This document shows, in pieces, positions 46,940 through 57,724 of a stretch of DNA of 64,000 nt. The notes beneath the pieces were generated by a model that ran no database searches, was not told the DNA's origin, and saw nothing but the letters and a program-made list of their open reading frames with translations. The first letter of the stretch is position 1, and the number at the start of each line of letters is the position of its first letter. The translations under genes and the position numbers were made by a program. Origin of the DNA: Caecitellus pseudoparvulus (taxonomy: Eukaryota; Protista; Bigyra: Bicosoecida); contig CBFFRQ010000095.1 in NCBI GenBank assembly GCA_965644315.1, positions 182,014-246,013 of the forward strand, written 5' to 3'.

Positions 46940-49900
46940 ATGGCGAATCCACGCAAGTGTGTGGAAACGTGCCCAGGTCTTGTGGGGTGCCTGCGTACCA
47001 CCTGCAGCTGGAGGCAGGGGAATCGGTCGAGTACGGATGAAGGCACCGCTCACAGACTTCCCTTGACACATGGTACAGAGGCCCCAGCGTCGAGGAGCGT
47101 CGGGATCGGGTCAAGGGCTGGGTGGGGGAGGCTGCTCTGGTTGATTAGCGTGGTGGGCCTGTGGGCCGCAGCAGTCGGGGACGTGCCATTATGCTGCGTG
47201 GTGGAGGGTGACACTCTGGTGAGCTGTAGCGGATGTGGGGGAACAAGCCTGAACATTTCGGGAAACAGCTTCAAGAACATAAGTGCCAATGCTTTTGATA
47301 ACTTTGCAAGTCTCACGAGCCTGGACCTTGGCCACAACTTTGGCCTGACCAGCCTGCCGTCGGGAGTGTTTGATCACCTGCACAACCTGCGCACCCTTTC
47401 TATAGCGGGACACAAGCAGTGGGTCGGAGGTGGGTTGCAGACCCTGCTGCCAACTACCTTTAACAACCTTACCAGCCTCACGTACCTAGATCTGAGTGGT
47501 AACGGCGCCCTGGCCAACTTGCCGCAAGGCTTGTTTGCTCACCTTCGCAACCTTACACACCTGGACCTGAGCGGCACGGGTCTGTCCGGCTTCCCTCCAG
47601 ATATGTTCAGCAGCCTTACAAGCCTTACGAAGTTGTTCTTGGGTGGCAACAATGCTCTATCGAGCCTGCCCCCGGGGGTGTTTGACAGCTTGACCAACCT
47701 CGCAGTCCTTGGCCTGGGTCACACCAGCTTGGCAAGCCTGCCATCACATATATTTGATAACCTCTCCAGCCTCAATAGGTTGAGTCTAGCCTATAATGAC
47801 CTGACGAACCTGCCATCGGGGGTGTTTCGTAACCTCAGGAGCCTTGCAGACCTGGACCTGAGATCCAACGACCTGACCAGCCTTCCGCCTGGCGTGTTTG
47901 GCAGCCTCACCAGCCTTTCACACTTGGATCTTAGCTTCAACTTTGCCTTGGCCAGCCTGCCAGCGGGCGTGTTTGGCAACACCACCAGCCTCACATACTT
48001 GAGCCTGAGGCGCGCCGACGTCAGTAGTCTGTCTCCCGGTGTGTTTGATAGCCTCACCAGCCTTGGACATCTGGATCTGAGCTACAACAGCTTGACCAGC
48101 CTACCGACCGGCGTGTTTGATAGCCTGACAAACCTCACTCACCTGGATCTGAGCTATAATTATGGCCTGGCAAGCCTGCCTGTAGGCGTGTTCGACAACC
48201 TCACTCGCCTCGCATACCTGGACCTCAGCGATTGCAGTACCTTGAGTAGCTTGCCTGTGGGAGTGTTTGACAGCCTCACAAGCCTCACGTCCCTGCACTT
48301 GAACTACAACGATGCCTTGGCCAGCCTTTCTGTGGACGTATTTGACAGCCTCACCAGCCTGACCACCTTGTACGTCTACGGGTCTGCATTTTCAAGCCGG
48401 TGCCCCCCACCATCTCCATCTGCCATAAACTGCTCCATGCAGGACGGACCGCTCCAGCACAGTCCTAAACTGTGCTTGTGCAGTGGCTGTCCCACAGCAC
48501 CCCCACTCTCAATCACGTCACTCAGCTGTACTGAACCACGAAGCTGCTCAGTCGGAAATGGTGTTCACTCGGTCGCCCTGGAAGAGGGTGCTTCCGTGCA
48601 TTGTTCGGGGAGTGACTCCTGCAGAAACGCCAGCATGTTCTGCACATCCCTTTCCATCCCGAGACCTTGTAACGTTTCGTGCACTGGAGAGAACTCCTGT
48701 GTGAACATGGCGCTGTATGGTGTGTGGAACTGCACAGCGGGCGCTTGTCCAGCTGCTGTCGATGTGGTGTGTGCTCCAAGCCAAAACGTGCTGGAGAGCT
48801 CACCCACACCGAGCCCTTCCAACTCCCCCTCACCATCTACATCCCCCAGCAGTTCTCCGTCAATCACAAGCAGCAGCAGCGCCAGCGTGACAGGTACGGC
48901 ATCCAGAACGCCCATATCCACCACCACTGCCCCACCAACGTCAACGGGCACTCCGTCGGTGACATCCAGTGGTCGCAGCATTGGTTCCAGGAGTACAACT
49001 CCCACCACCACTGTCACACCGACTCCATCAAGCTCGCCATCTTCAACCTCCAGCAGCACAAGCACAATTAGCCCGACTGTCAGTCCAACGCAAACTGTCA
49101 CACCAACCAGCACAACCACCACCACCCCCACAGCTGTTTCGCCCCACTCGAGCACTTCCATGCCCAATCCCTCAACATTCCCAAGCCCATCCTCCACACC
49201 CAAACCGTCCTTGCCCCGCTCAGCTTGGGCACTCACCCCCTCCTCACACAACTCCTCATCCCACCTTCGCATTGCTCCCCATCTCTCAGCACAGCTCGCG
49301 TGTGCCCAGCACTGCTCCTCATCACAAGCCCTCATCCTACCATGCCCTCGACCAGGCTCATGCCTCCCCCACTCCGACGTGCGCCTCCTCACAGCCTGCC
49401 AGCCTGGACACCGCGGCCTCGCATGCCAAGCCTGTGCCGACGGCTGGGCTGCTCGCTCACCCTGCACCACATGCCGGCAGTGCCCCTTCAATGGCATGGC
49501 GCCAGGTGTCGTCAAGGCAGGCACCACAGCCGCACAGATTGTGTTAGGGCTACTCACGTCCCTGTTCGCAGTGCACGGCTATGCACGTGCTCCAGACCGT
49601 GTCGCGACGAGCCTGTTCAGTGGCGGCCTGCGCCTGGCCATGTGGTACATCGGCATGGCGGGGCAGGTGGCGCTGCTGGCTGCCGACACGCCAGGCACAC
49701 TGCAAGCGACAGCGCACACCCTGGGCCACTGGGCCGACGTCTGTGGCATGGCCCAGCCGTGGCGAGCTGGCCAAGAACACACCGTAACGCCCAACGGCAC
49801 CATGTACGCCAGCCAGCCTGAGCCAGCCCAAGGCGTGGATGTGCTGGGCATCCTAGGCGCACTCACAGGGCGGGCTGGCGTCGCGACAATGCCAAGTGCC

Positions 49901-51619
49901 GGGTGTCTCACGGGCGGAGGCGACAGCCGCAGCCCGCATGACATGGCCAACATCATCATGGCCTTGTACGGCGCTGTTCTGTTGTGTGTCAGTGCCGCCG
50001 TGCTCTGGTGTTCTAGCCCTCCACCTGGCAAGACCTGGACTACCATCCTGCTGCTCCTGGCGCCAGCGGCGTACATGCAGGTGGTGCCCAGTGTCATCCA
50101 GGGCCAGGCCCGTGTCGTGGGGCTGCAACCAGTGTGGCGTGGCATGTCCAGTCCAGACGATGTCGCTGGGCATGCGGCTGACGTGGGCGGGTACGCTGCC
50201 TCCCTGACACTGCAGTGCTTGGCTGCCACGGTGGGTGTGCTGAGTGTGCTGGCGTGGCGGCAGTGGCGGAGATCGGAACACTTGCTGCCACGAGGGGCGT
50301 CCATTCCTGCCTACTGCACGATGGGGTACCGCATGCAGTACACACCACAACAAGCAGTGCGCCTCGCTGATGCAACAGGGGCAGACAAGGCACTCCAGGC
50401 AGCGGCTGTCGCAGCAGCACGCGCCAGTGAGCGTGCCTGCTGTGGTGCCGGGCGCCTCCTGCCCACACACGCCTTCCCTGCCCTGCAAATGGCCCTCGTC
50501 GTCCTGGTGGCGGTCATGGGCAGCATGACGACATCCATTGTGGCTCGCCTGGTGTGTGTGGGTGTGGGTGTGGGTTGCAGCATGGCCCTCGTGCAGCACC
50601 GTCGGCCGTGGGCGCTGGCTGAGCTGAGCGACCTGGATGTCCTGGCCCATGGGGGCATCCTCGTGCAGGTGGTGTGTGTGGGCGTGGGCACGGTGGGTGG
50701 TGGACTGGCCACTGCTGCATCCATCATCTCCGGCATCGGGCACGTGCTTGTGCTGCTGTGGCTAGCTCTGACTGTCGCCCGGGGGTACAGTGGCCGCGCA
50801 CGAGAAGTGATGGCACGTGTAGGCCGGCGTCTGCGAGCACTGCTGCCTGAGCTGGGGCCAGCCAGTGCAGGAAGTGGCAGCAGTGGTCAGCTGGGCGATG
50901 TGGCTGACAGCCAAGTGCCGGGCGTGGGCGCCATTGCGTGGGCGTTGGTGCAGCGGTGTGTGCGGCGAGGCGAGGTGCGGCCGGGAGCGTCTCGCCCAGC
51001 GTCAGATGTGTTGAGTGTGCTGGGCATGGTGCAGGAGCAGGGACTGAGCGTGGAGACTGGCATGGCGGATGTGGTGGGCGACTCTGCTTCAACCCTGATG
51101 ACCATGCCGTCTGCACGTGACATGCACCGATCCGCCTCAGCAGAGCGAGATGGTGGCCAGCTGAAGTCTTCAAGAAATCCGCTTGAAAGTTTCAGCACTG
51201 GAGCATCTAACCGCACAGTGCACGGAGCAAACCCAATGCTGCAGGCGACTGGAAGTGGCCGGCAACCCCTGCGCGTCGCGAGGCCAGCTCTTGGCTCTGC
51301 GCCTCCAACTGTACGTGACTTGCCACCTGTTCAGCCACAGAGTGGCGATACACCGAACGGTGAGCAGACAGCCTCAACTCCAATCGCCCCAGAAGACGTC
51401 ATCGCCCAACGGCGCGCGAGTGTAGCGCAGGCGCTGCTGTCTCAAGAGCTTAGTCCCGGACAGGGTGTAGGAGAGCAATCCGAGCACGGCGCGCCAGAAT
51501 CTGCTGGCCAGGCGGGGCGGCGCATGTCGGGTGTTCGCAACGTGGACGGTCGTGGCCGCCTGTCGTTCACAGGGGCCGCCCGCAGGCGGAGCTCGGTGCA
51601 TCGGACCTCGCGTCCTTGA
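46940..51619 (+). CDS. Intronless LRR multi-pass membrane protein: signal-like segment, about 16 LRRs, Cys-rich module, Ser/Thr/Pro stalk, Cys-rich linker, about 7 TM helices, cytosolic tail
   Basis: LLWLISVVGLWAAAVG, repeats such as LTSLPTGVFDSLTNLTHLDLSYN, CxGxxSC motifs, an S/T/P tract, CQPGHRGLACQACADGW and multiple hydrophobic helices. The start codon is uncertain. Confidence 0.85.
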   Translation: MANPRKCVETCPGLVGCLRTTCSWRQGNRSSTDEGTAHRLPLTHGTEAPASRSVGIGSRAGWGRLLWLISVVGLWAAAVGDVPLCCVVEGDTLVSCSGCGGTSLNISGNSFKNISANAFDNFASLTSLDLGHNFGLTSLPSGVFDHLHNLRTLSIAGHKQWVGGGLQTLLPTTFNNLTSLTYLDLSGNGALANLPQGLFAHLRNLTHLDLSGTGLSGFPPDMFSSLTSLTKLFLGGNNALSSLPPGVFDSLTNLAVLGLGHTSLASLPSHIFDNLSSLNRLSLAYNDLTNLPSGVFRNLRSLADLDLRSNDLTSLPPGVFGSLTSLSHLDLSFNFALASLPAGVFGNTTSLTYLSLRRADVSSLSPGVFDSLTSLGHLDLSYNSLTSLPTGVFDSLTNLTHLDLSYNYGLASLPVGVFDNLTRLAYLDLSDCSTLSSLPVGVFDSLTSLTSLHLNYNDALASLSVDVFDSLTSLTTLYVYGSAFSSRCPPPSPSAINCSMQDGPLQHSPKLCLCSGCPTAPPLSITSLSCTEPRSCSVGNGVHSVALEEGASVHCSGSDSCRNASMFCTSLSIPRPCNVSCTGENSCVNMALYGVWNCTAGACPAAVDVVCAPSQNVLESSPTPSPSNSPSPSTSPSSSPSITSSSSASVTGTASRTPISTTTAPPTSTGTPSVTSSGRSIGSRSTTPTTTVTPTPSSSPSSTSSSTSTISPTVSPTQTVTPTSTTTTTPTAVSPHSSTSMPNPSTFPSPSSTPKPSLPRSAWALTPSSHNSSSHLRIAPHLSAQLACAQHCSSSQALILPCPRPGSCLPHSDVRLLTACQPGHRGLACQACADGWAARSPCTTCRQCPFNGMAPGVVKAGTTAAQIVLGLLTSLFAVHGYARAPDRVATSLFSGGLRLAMWYIGMAGQVALLAADTPGTLQATAHTLGHWADVCGMAQPWRAGQEHTVTPNGTMYASQPEPAQGVDVLGILGALTGRAGVATMPSAGCLTGGGDSRSPHDMANIIMALYGAVLLCVSAAVLWCSSPPPGKTWTTILLLLAPAAYMQVVPSVIQGQARVVGLQPVWRGMSSPDDVAGHAADVGGYAASLTLQCLAATVGVLSVLAWRQWRRSEHLLPRGASIPAYCTMGYRMQYTPQQAVRLADATGADKALQAAAVAAARASERACCGAGRLLPTHAFPALQMALVVLVAVMGSMTTSIVARLVCVGVGVGCSMALVQHRRPWALAELSDLDVLAHGGILVQVVCVGVGTVGGGLATAASIISGIGHVLVLLWLALTVARGYSGRAREVMARVGRRLRALLPELGPASAGSGSSGQLGDVADSQVPGVGAIAWALVQRCVRRGEVRPGASRPASDVLSVLGMVQEQGLSVETGMADVVGDSASTLMTMPSARDMHRSASAERDGGQLKSSRNPLESFSTGASNRTVHGANPMLQATGSGRQPLRVARPALGSAPPTVRDLPPVQPQSGDTPNGEQTASTPIAPEDVIAQRRASVAQALLSQELSPGQGVGEQSEHGAPESAGQAGRRMSGVRNVDGRGRLSFTGAARRRSSVHRTSRP
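47246..48390 (+). repeat. Tandem 72/75-bp LRR-coding repeats (about 16 units)
   Basis: Recurring agcctgcc...gtgtttga(c/t)agcctcaccagcct...ctggatctgagc units at 24-25 codon spacing. Confidence 0.9.
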
Positions 51620-51944
51620 GGGAAAGCAGAAGTGCAACCTCTGGCTGTCAATAGATGCTTCATGTTCCCCCCACAGTCCGTCTCATCCGTCAACGAACCA
51701 TCACCGACTTTCCCTGCCATTCAACAAATCCACACTCCCAGTCTCGCCTCCAACACATTGATGTCGCCTAAATAAACTCCAGCTGTCTACACTTTTTCCC
51801 AGTCTCGCTTTGCTTTTCGTTCCAAGCGCCAACACGGCTCGAGCTCCAGCCAGGCCTTTGCCCCCACAACACGACAAGCTTGCACTCCAAGTGTTGCGCT
51901 GCAAGGCACACCCGCATGGCAGGAGGCAGCACGCTTGAAGCATC

Positions 51945-53122
51945 ATGAAGTTCCGTGCCACATTTTCGCGGGAAGCATTCGGGCAGTTTTCCAGTGCGTG
52001 CGACGCCCCCTCGCTCAAACTCCTGCAGCTGCGCCGCAACGTTTCGCCGCGAAACGCCCAGGTACGCTGTACAACTTCTCCAAGATGGGGCGCAGTTTGG
52101 TGGTCAAGGTGGACCCTGTGAAGATGAGCATTTTCCCAGAGGTGGAGGAGCAGACCCTGGATGCGTTTGCGACGCTGTCCCTCGTGCGTCCGCTCTGCAG
52201 TCCTGGCTCGGTGCTGAGCACTTGCGCGGACTCACGCCGCCTCACCCTCAGCAGGCTTCCCTGTGCATGGATGCCATTGTGAAGAGCAGGAACCACAACG
52301 TCATTGCCTTTGAGGTGCGGAGCACCATCCTGGCGTCTGCCTTCAAGTCCAGCCTGCCCAACATGGGGGGGCTGGTGGATGTGCGCCTGGCGAAGGATGA
52401 GGGGGGGCACGCCTGCCTCCTCATCCACTGCCACGCATCAGACGGCAGCCTGACGCTGTCCCGGCGCCTGCCGCTCTCAGTCAAGCTGGCCAGCGAAGCC
52501 AATGCCTTCCAGGAGCCGTACATCTCACCGCCTGCGGTAAGCCCACCTGCGCGCCCCCCTCCACGCCCGAAGCCCCCCCGTCCCACTTGGCGAGCCGCTG
52601 TCTTCACAGGTGACACTGCAAGCCCCTCCTCTAGACAAGTTCACGCCCGTCGTGGACCGCCTGCGGAATCTGTGCAAGGGGGCGGGCGCTGCCGCTGCGC
52701 ACTGCCCTCTGCAGCTGGAGATGGATGGGCGGGGGTTCATGTCCACAGACGTGCGATCTGACATCGTGTTGGCCAAGACCTACTTCCGCAACCTGAAGTC
52801 CAGCGGAGTGCCGGACAGCAGTGGTGCCAGTGCCACCGGCGCGGCCAGTGCCACCCCCTCCCCCACAGGCGCCGTGTCAGTGGACGCTCGGGTGCTGTCT
52901 CGAGCACTGCATGCTCTGAGCATGGACTTGCGGCGGGTGATTGTGGGCATTTGCCCGGCAACTGCGCTGGTGCTGCACGCCGAGCTCGCAGACAGCGCTG
53001 GCAGTGTCACGCTGCTGCTCTCGTGCGTTTCCTCTGGGGACGAGGACATGCCTCGTGGGGGGGCGGCGGGTGGGCCCACCCCCCTCACCCTGGAGGCCCC
53101 CGTGACCACCAGCTGTCCATGA
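51945..53122 (+). CDS. HUS1: Checkpoint clamp subunit HUS1 (9-1-1 complex); introns 51994-52061, 52184-52254 and 52537-52609
   Basis: MKFRA start, KSRNHNVIAFEV..LASAFKS, VRLAK..ACL, FQEP and SVDARVLSRAL; three canonical introns restore the frame. Confidence 0.8.
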
Positions 53123-53199
53123 GACGGTGCCGTGGCTGACGCGTGCGCCGTGCGCGAGTCAGCAAGCATTGGGTGCTGCTGCGTTGCGAGGTTGTGCAT

Positions 53200-54019
53200 T
53201 CATCGGTCAGAGGGCGGGGCCAGGGTGCCCGCTGATTGGATGGTGATGTCCACTGCCGGGCGGCCGTTGACTTGCAGGACGGCTGAAGCTGCCTCCACCG
53301 CCTCCAGTCCGGCCGTCACGCGCCCGAAGACGACGTGCCTTGCGTCGAGGTGTGGCGCTGGCGCGGTGGAAATGAAGAAGACAGAGGTGGCGCTGTCCAC
53401 GCCGCTGTTGGCCATGCTGATGGTGCCGGCCTCGCTGTGACGCCCCACGAAGTTCTCGTCGGCCAGCGGCTTGCCAGACGCACTCCGCCCGCCACGGCCC
53501 GTGCCGAGCAGGTAGTCCCCGCCGAGAATGCCGAAGCCGCGTCGGACCTTGTGGATGGAGCTGCCAATGTAGCCATTTTTGTCCTGCGCGCTGCCTTTGC
53601 ACAGCTGGGCAGAGGGGGCGGCGCAGGGCGTGAATGCGGCGGCCTGGCTGTGTGCGGAAATAGCGCCAGCCTCACCTGCAGGAAGTTCTCCACCGTCTCG
53701 GGCACAACGTCATCCTGAGGGAGAGAGGTGGACGGTAGACATGCGGGAGCTATTGGACTGGGCAAGCATGCGCCCTGCAGGCCGCCTGACGCACTGCCAG
53801 CTCCAGCTCTATCCTGGCTGGCTTGGCAGCGTCTCCAATCTGCAGGTCCAGGTATGCGCGCGTCCTAGACACGCCCTGCGCCGGCTCCGGAAGGGCCGGC
53901 ACAGTCCCTGCAGAGGCCGCTGCCTCCTGTGCCTTGAGCGCGGCGTAGTAGTAGCCCAGGCCCTTGCTGCGCCTGCGCCCGACCAGGCCGGCGGCAGGGC
54001 GTGCCGCTCTAGCCCACAT
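53200..54019 (-). CDS. Cyclophilin-family protein with likely mitochondrial presequence; introns 53715-53794 and 53605-53675
   Basis: AYLDLQIG..RIELEL|DDVVPETVENFLQ|LC, GYIGSSIHKV, GGDY, DENF, GTISMAN and HLDARHVVFGRV. Confidence 0.9.
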
Positions 54020-54193
54020 GCTGCTTGGAGGGTGGTGGCCAACACCTCAGGGGTGGACGTCAGGAGGGCACTGCGTGTGCAATTCTGCAAATCATTTTAC
54101 CACCTACACTCGACTTGTGCCCTGCCACTTCACGCATGCTCCACTCAGTGCTTTGGGCTGTGCAGGGGTGTTCTGTGAACCAATTACCGCAGC

Positions 54194-56236
54194 ATGGCTG
54201 CAGCCTTGACCCTGCCGCGTGGCGGCGACATTCGCGATGCCGTGCGCAAGGCCTTGGATGCAGTGGAAACGCCTGAAGCCGTCATGAATGCCGTGGCCAC
54301 GACGGGCCACGTGTTGGCTTGTTGCGCCGTCAAGGACTTGCCTGAAGCGCTGTCCAGCGCTGGCGCTGCAGTGCTCCGCATGCTGAGTGCGCCGACGGCC
54401 CTGGCCCAGGCAACTGGGCTGCGCATGGTGCAGCTTATGGCTGCTGGCATTCGGCGGGGTGGCGGGGAGGGCGCCCTGGACTCGCGCGAGGCCAAGCGAC
54501 TCTCAACTGCGCTGCTGGCTGCAGGCTCGGCAGCTTCCCAAGCAGGCTCACCTGCCCAGCTGGCACTTGCACTGCTCACCCTGAGAGCGTGGGTGAGGGT
54601 GGAGCCCCACGGTATTTGCAACCAAGACTCCGTCGTGCCCGTGCTGGGCCAGCTGTTGCTGGCAGCCAGGGAGTCAACCTGTCTGCCGGACGCTGCTGCG
54701 TTCGCCGCGGAAGTGCTCCTGAGGCGTTTCGGCCGCAGCCGCACTGAGGGGGAGCACCACCCTGTCGCATGGCTGGTGTGGGATGTTGTGGCGCTGACGG
54801 GGACAGAGGCGGCCCACCTGAGTGCCCTGTGGGGGGGCGTTTCCGTGGAAAACGCATCACCAGGCACCCTGCATGCCGCGGCAGCAGTGCTGCTGGCGAC
54901 AACTCAGGCGTCAGTGGGCAGTGTGGCGCTCCCGTTGAAGCCTCTCGTGGCCGCGTTGCGGGGCGTGCAGGGGAGCATGGCTGATGCGTTGGCAGCCGTG
55001 CCTTCCTCTGGTGCGTTGACGGGGGCAGGTGCGGCGGCACTTGCCGAGCTGGGGTCAGCCACAGAAACCTACACGAGTCTGCTGGCATTGCTGGCTGGTG
55101 TGGTGGCAGTGACTCCCTGCCCGACTGCTGCGTTGCTGGAGGCCGCGGCCCTGGTCGCGGCAGTGTGTGATGCGTTGCGCTTGAATGCCGCCCTGGTCAG
55201 TTGTGCTGACACCACCCCCAGCTCAGATCTGCCGTCTGTGGTGGGTGGCGTGACGCTCGCCACTGGTGACTTTACCACGGCTGTACTGGCCAGTCTCGGC
55301 AGCAGCTGCTGTAAGGCGTTGCAGGGGCCGCTGTTGGGGTGGGTGGGCGGCCTGGTCGGCAGCGCAGCACACGCGTTGACTCCCGCCACCTGTCCCCCGC
55401 CTGGCTACGCCGCTCCCCACAAGTCTGGCAGGGGGGTCAAGCGGGGCCGAGGGGGGGGTCAGCCGTCCTCTGCCGCCACGCTAGAGGCAGCCCGGCAACC
55501 CACCTCCCGCACTGTGAGTGACTTTGGCCAGGACTACATCGCACTGGACGACTTGGCGCCGCCCACCACTGCCGTGGCAGCAGTGGCTGCGGCAGGGTAC
55601 AGTGGCACGCCAGCTGCTGCGTTGCTGCTGCCTGTGACTCCGCTGCCCTTCCCTGGCGCACACACAGCACCCCAGCAGCCGCTGCAGGCTGTGTCGCTTG
55701 TGTTGGACCGGGCTGTCGCAGTGTGGGGCCCAGCCATGTCACTGCCGTTGACTCACCCCACTGCTGCGTTGGCGCTGCGCCTGGTGGGTGCAGCACACGC
55801 CAATGCGCGTTTCTTGCCGCACGCGCTGCCCACTGCTCACGGTGCGGTGGGCGCGTGGGGTGCGCTGAAGCGCGCCGCACAGAGCATCCTAGTCGCTGCC
55901 CAAGTGCAGGGTGCGTCGCCACAGGCCGTGTTGGAGACTTCCAAGTCGCAGCGACGCCTTGCGTTGGAAGCAGCTGCCGCCGCAGCGCCCACAGCAGCCC
56001 CCGCCACGGCCCAAGATGCCGGCACTGGCCTGGGCCCCACACCCGTGCACAGCGCCGCAACAGACGTGGCACCTGACACGGAGGCTGAGGAAGGCGAGGA
56101 CTATGAGCCAGGTGAGGCGTTGGCAACGCAGCAGGCGGCGGGTGCAACTGCGCCGTCGCCTGCCCAGGCCGCCGGCGACGCTGACTCCGCCGCGGAAGAC
56201 AGTGACGACGATGAGGAGCTGCCAGACATTGTATAG
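54194..56236 (+). CDS. Hypothetical ARM/HEAT-like protein with acidic tail; possibly RIX1/PELP1-like
   Basis: 680-aa ORF with Ala/Leu helical repeats and the C-terminus DSDDDEELPDIV. The family call is weak. Confidence 0.55.
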   Translation: MAAALTLPRGGDIRDAVRKALDAVETPEAVMNAVATTGHVLACCAVKDLPEALSSAGAAVLRMLSAPTALAQATGLRMVQLMAAGIRRGGGEGALDSREAKRLSTALLAAGSAASQAGSPAQLALALLTLRAWVRVEPHGICNQDSVVPVLGQLLLAARESTCLPDAAAFAAEVLLRRFGRSRTEGEHHPVAWLVWDVVALTGTEAAHLSALWGGVSVENASPGTLHAAAAVLLATTQASVGSVALPLKPLVAALRGVQGSMADALAAVPSSGALTGAGAAALAELGSATETYTSLLALLAGVVAVTPCPTAALLEAAALVAAVCDALRLNAALVSCADTTPSSDLPSVVGGVTLATGDFTTAVLASLGSSCCKALQGPLLGWVGGLVGSAAHALTPATCPPPGYAAPHKSGRGVKRGRGGGQPSSAATLEAARQPTSRTVSDFGQDYIALDDLAPPTTAVAAVAAAGYSGTPAAALLLPVTPLPFPGAHTAPQQPLQAVSLVLDRAVAVWGPAMSLPLTHPTAALALRLVGAAHANARFLPHALPTAHGAVGAWGALKRAAQSILVAAQVQGASPQAVLETSKSQRRLALEAAAAAAPTAAPATAQDAGTGLGPTPVHSAATDVAPDTEAEEGEDYEPGEALATQQAAGATAPSPAQAAGDADSAAEDSDDDEELPDIV

Positions 56237-56290
56237 GCTACAATTTCGGCAAAACAATGCATTGCGCCAGTGCTGGCAGGGCGCACACCC

Positions 56291-57724
56291 TCACATGTAC
56301 GCATCTGCTGCGATGAGGGGGTCCCGGTTGGTGCGCGCAAAAGCCCGCTGCGCAGCTACGCGGCTGACACGCGCGCCCTGCCGCTTGGCCAGCACGCCTT
56401 CCTTGGCCTCCTCCACATCGGCGTCCCCTGCCAAATTCGTCGTCGCTGCCTTCGCCTCTGCCGCACGGTACTTGCCGCCTTCGTGTGCAAACGCCGCCTG
56501 TTTGGCCAGCGTTTGAGCGCCCTGGTAGGCTGCCACCTTGCGTGCCTCACGCCGGGCATCCGTCGCGACCTTCGCGTCTGCGGCCTGCAGCGCGTCAATC
56601 TTCGCCTGCCATGCAGCAGCTTGTTCTGCCCGTTCACGGCGCTCGCGCTCCTTGGCCTCGGCGCGCCGTCGCAGTTGGCTTTGGCGTGACGCGTGCGTTG
56701 CAGCGTCCAGCGCAGACTTCTGCTCCGCTTTGGCTTCCTCCACAGCAGCGGTGCGCGCCGCCGCTGCGGCTTGCTGGGCTTCCAATCGGGCAGCTTCGTC
56801 TGACATTTGTGCCGTGAACTGCTCAGCGACAACTTTCCCAATGTGCTCCGCGCGCTGCGCTGCCTCGCGGCGTTTCATCTCGCGGAAGTCAGCGCGGCGT
56901 TTCTCCTGCCGCTCCGCTTCCTTGGCCACTGCATCCAACTTCGCGAGTTCCTCCGCCTCGGCCTGCTTCGCAGCCACCCGCGCAGACGCCAAGGCTGCGT
57001 TTGCTGCCTGTTGTTCTGCGTTTCGCTTGCGCCCCTCGGCGATGCGCTGCCGCTCCGCTGCCTCTGCTTGCGCCGCCTGCTGTTCAGCTTCCGCACGGAG
57101 CTTGGCACCTTCCGCCGCCACTGCGTCCAGCTCTGCCAGCCGCGCAGACTGCGCTTGCTGCACCTGCACCTGCAAGTCAGCAGCAATGCTGGCCCGTTTC
57201 GCCGCCGCAGCGGCCTTGGCCTCTGCTTCTGCCTCCTCTGCTGCCCGAATGCTCTGCATCATGCTCTCGTGCTGGGCTCGCTCCGCTGCCGCCTCCAACT
57301 CCGCGCGGCGTTTCTTCAGCGCCAGCTGCCGCTCCCGCACCTGCAGCATGTCCGTCGTGTAGTCCTGCGCTGCCACGACCTTGCGCTGGGCCGTCTGTTG
57401 CAGCAGCTTCATGCGTGCCTCTCGCAGCACCTTGACCTTTTCGGCGTTTCGGATGCGCTCCTCCTGCGCATCGCGCCGCTGGGCCTCTGCCTCCAGCGCG
57501 GCCAGGCGGTCCACGCGCGCCTGCTGCTTCGCCTTGCGCAGACCAGCCAGGGTGTTGCCCCACTTGGCCGCGCGCTGCGTTGACCGCGCCTTGCGGTCTG
57601 CTGCCCGGGTGCTCTCAAAGCTCGTGCTCGCACCACCGCGCACGACCGTGGCGCCCGCGCCAGTCAGCGCGCGGCGCGTCATGGCTTGCAAGTCACTGGC
57701 ACGAATAATGGTGGGTGCTGCCAT
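56291..57724 (-). CDS. Trichoplein-homology coiled-coil cilia/flagella protein (CFAP210/CCDC173-like)
   Basis: RKARSTQRAAKWGNTLAGLRKAK...EAQRRDAQEE followed by an E/R/K/A-rich coiled coil. Confidence 0.7.
   Translation of the reverse strand: MAAPTIIRASDLQAMTRRALTGAGATVVRGGASTSFESTRAADRKARSTQRAAKWGNTLAGLRKAKQQARVDRLAALEAEAQRRDAQEERIRNAEKVKVLREARMKLLQQTAQRKVVAAQDYTTDMLQVRERQLALKKRRAELEAAAERAQHESMMQSIRAAEEAEAEAKAAAAAKRASIAADLQVQVQQAQSARLAELDAVAAEGAKLRAEAEQQAAQAEAAERQRIAEGRKRNAEQQAANAALASARVAAKQAEAEELAKLDAVAKEAERQEKRRADFREMKRREAAQRAEHIGKVVAEQFTAQMSDEAARLEAQQAAAAARTAAVEEAKAEQKSALDAATHASRQSQLRRRAEAKERERRERAEQAAAWQAKIDALQAADAKVATDARREARKVAAYQGAQTLAKQAAFAHEGGKYRAAEAKAATTNLAGDADVEEAKEGVLAKRQGARVSRVAAQRAFARTNRDPLIAADAYM

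Noticed and set aside
47246-48390. Regularly spaced repeats resembling a CRISPR or DGR array
   Set aside because: They are in-frame LRR coding units, with no spacer architecture and no Cas or reverse transcriptase genes.
2485-53122. Functional clustering of DNA-repair (FANCI, HUS1) or RNA-processing genes (TPR, CDK11, PCF11, TFIIE, U2AF65)
   Set aside because: They are interspersed with unrelated genes on both strands, which is compatible with chance in a housekeeping-dense genome.
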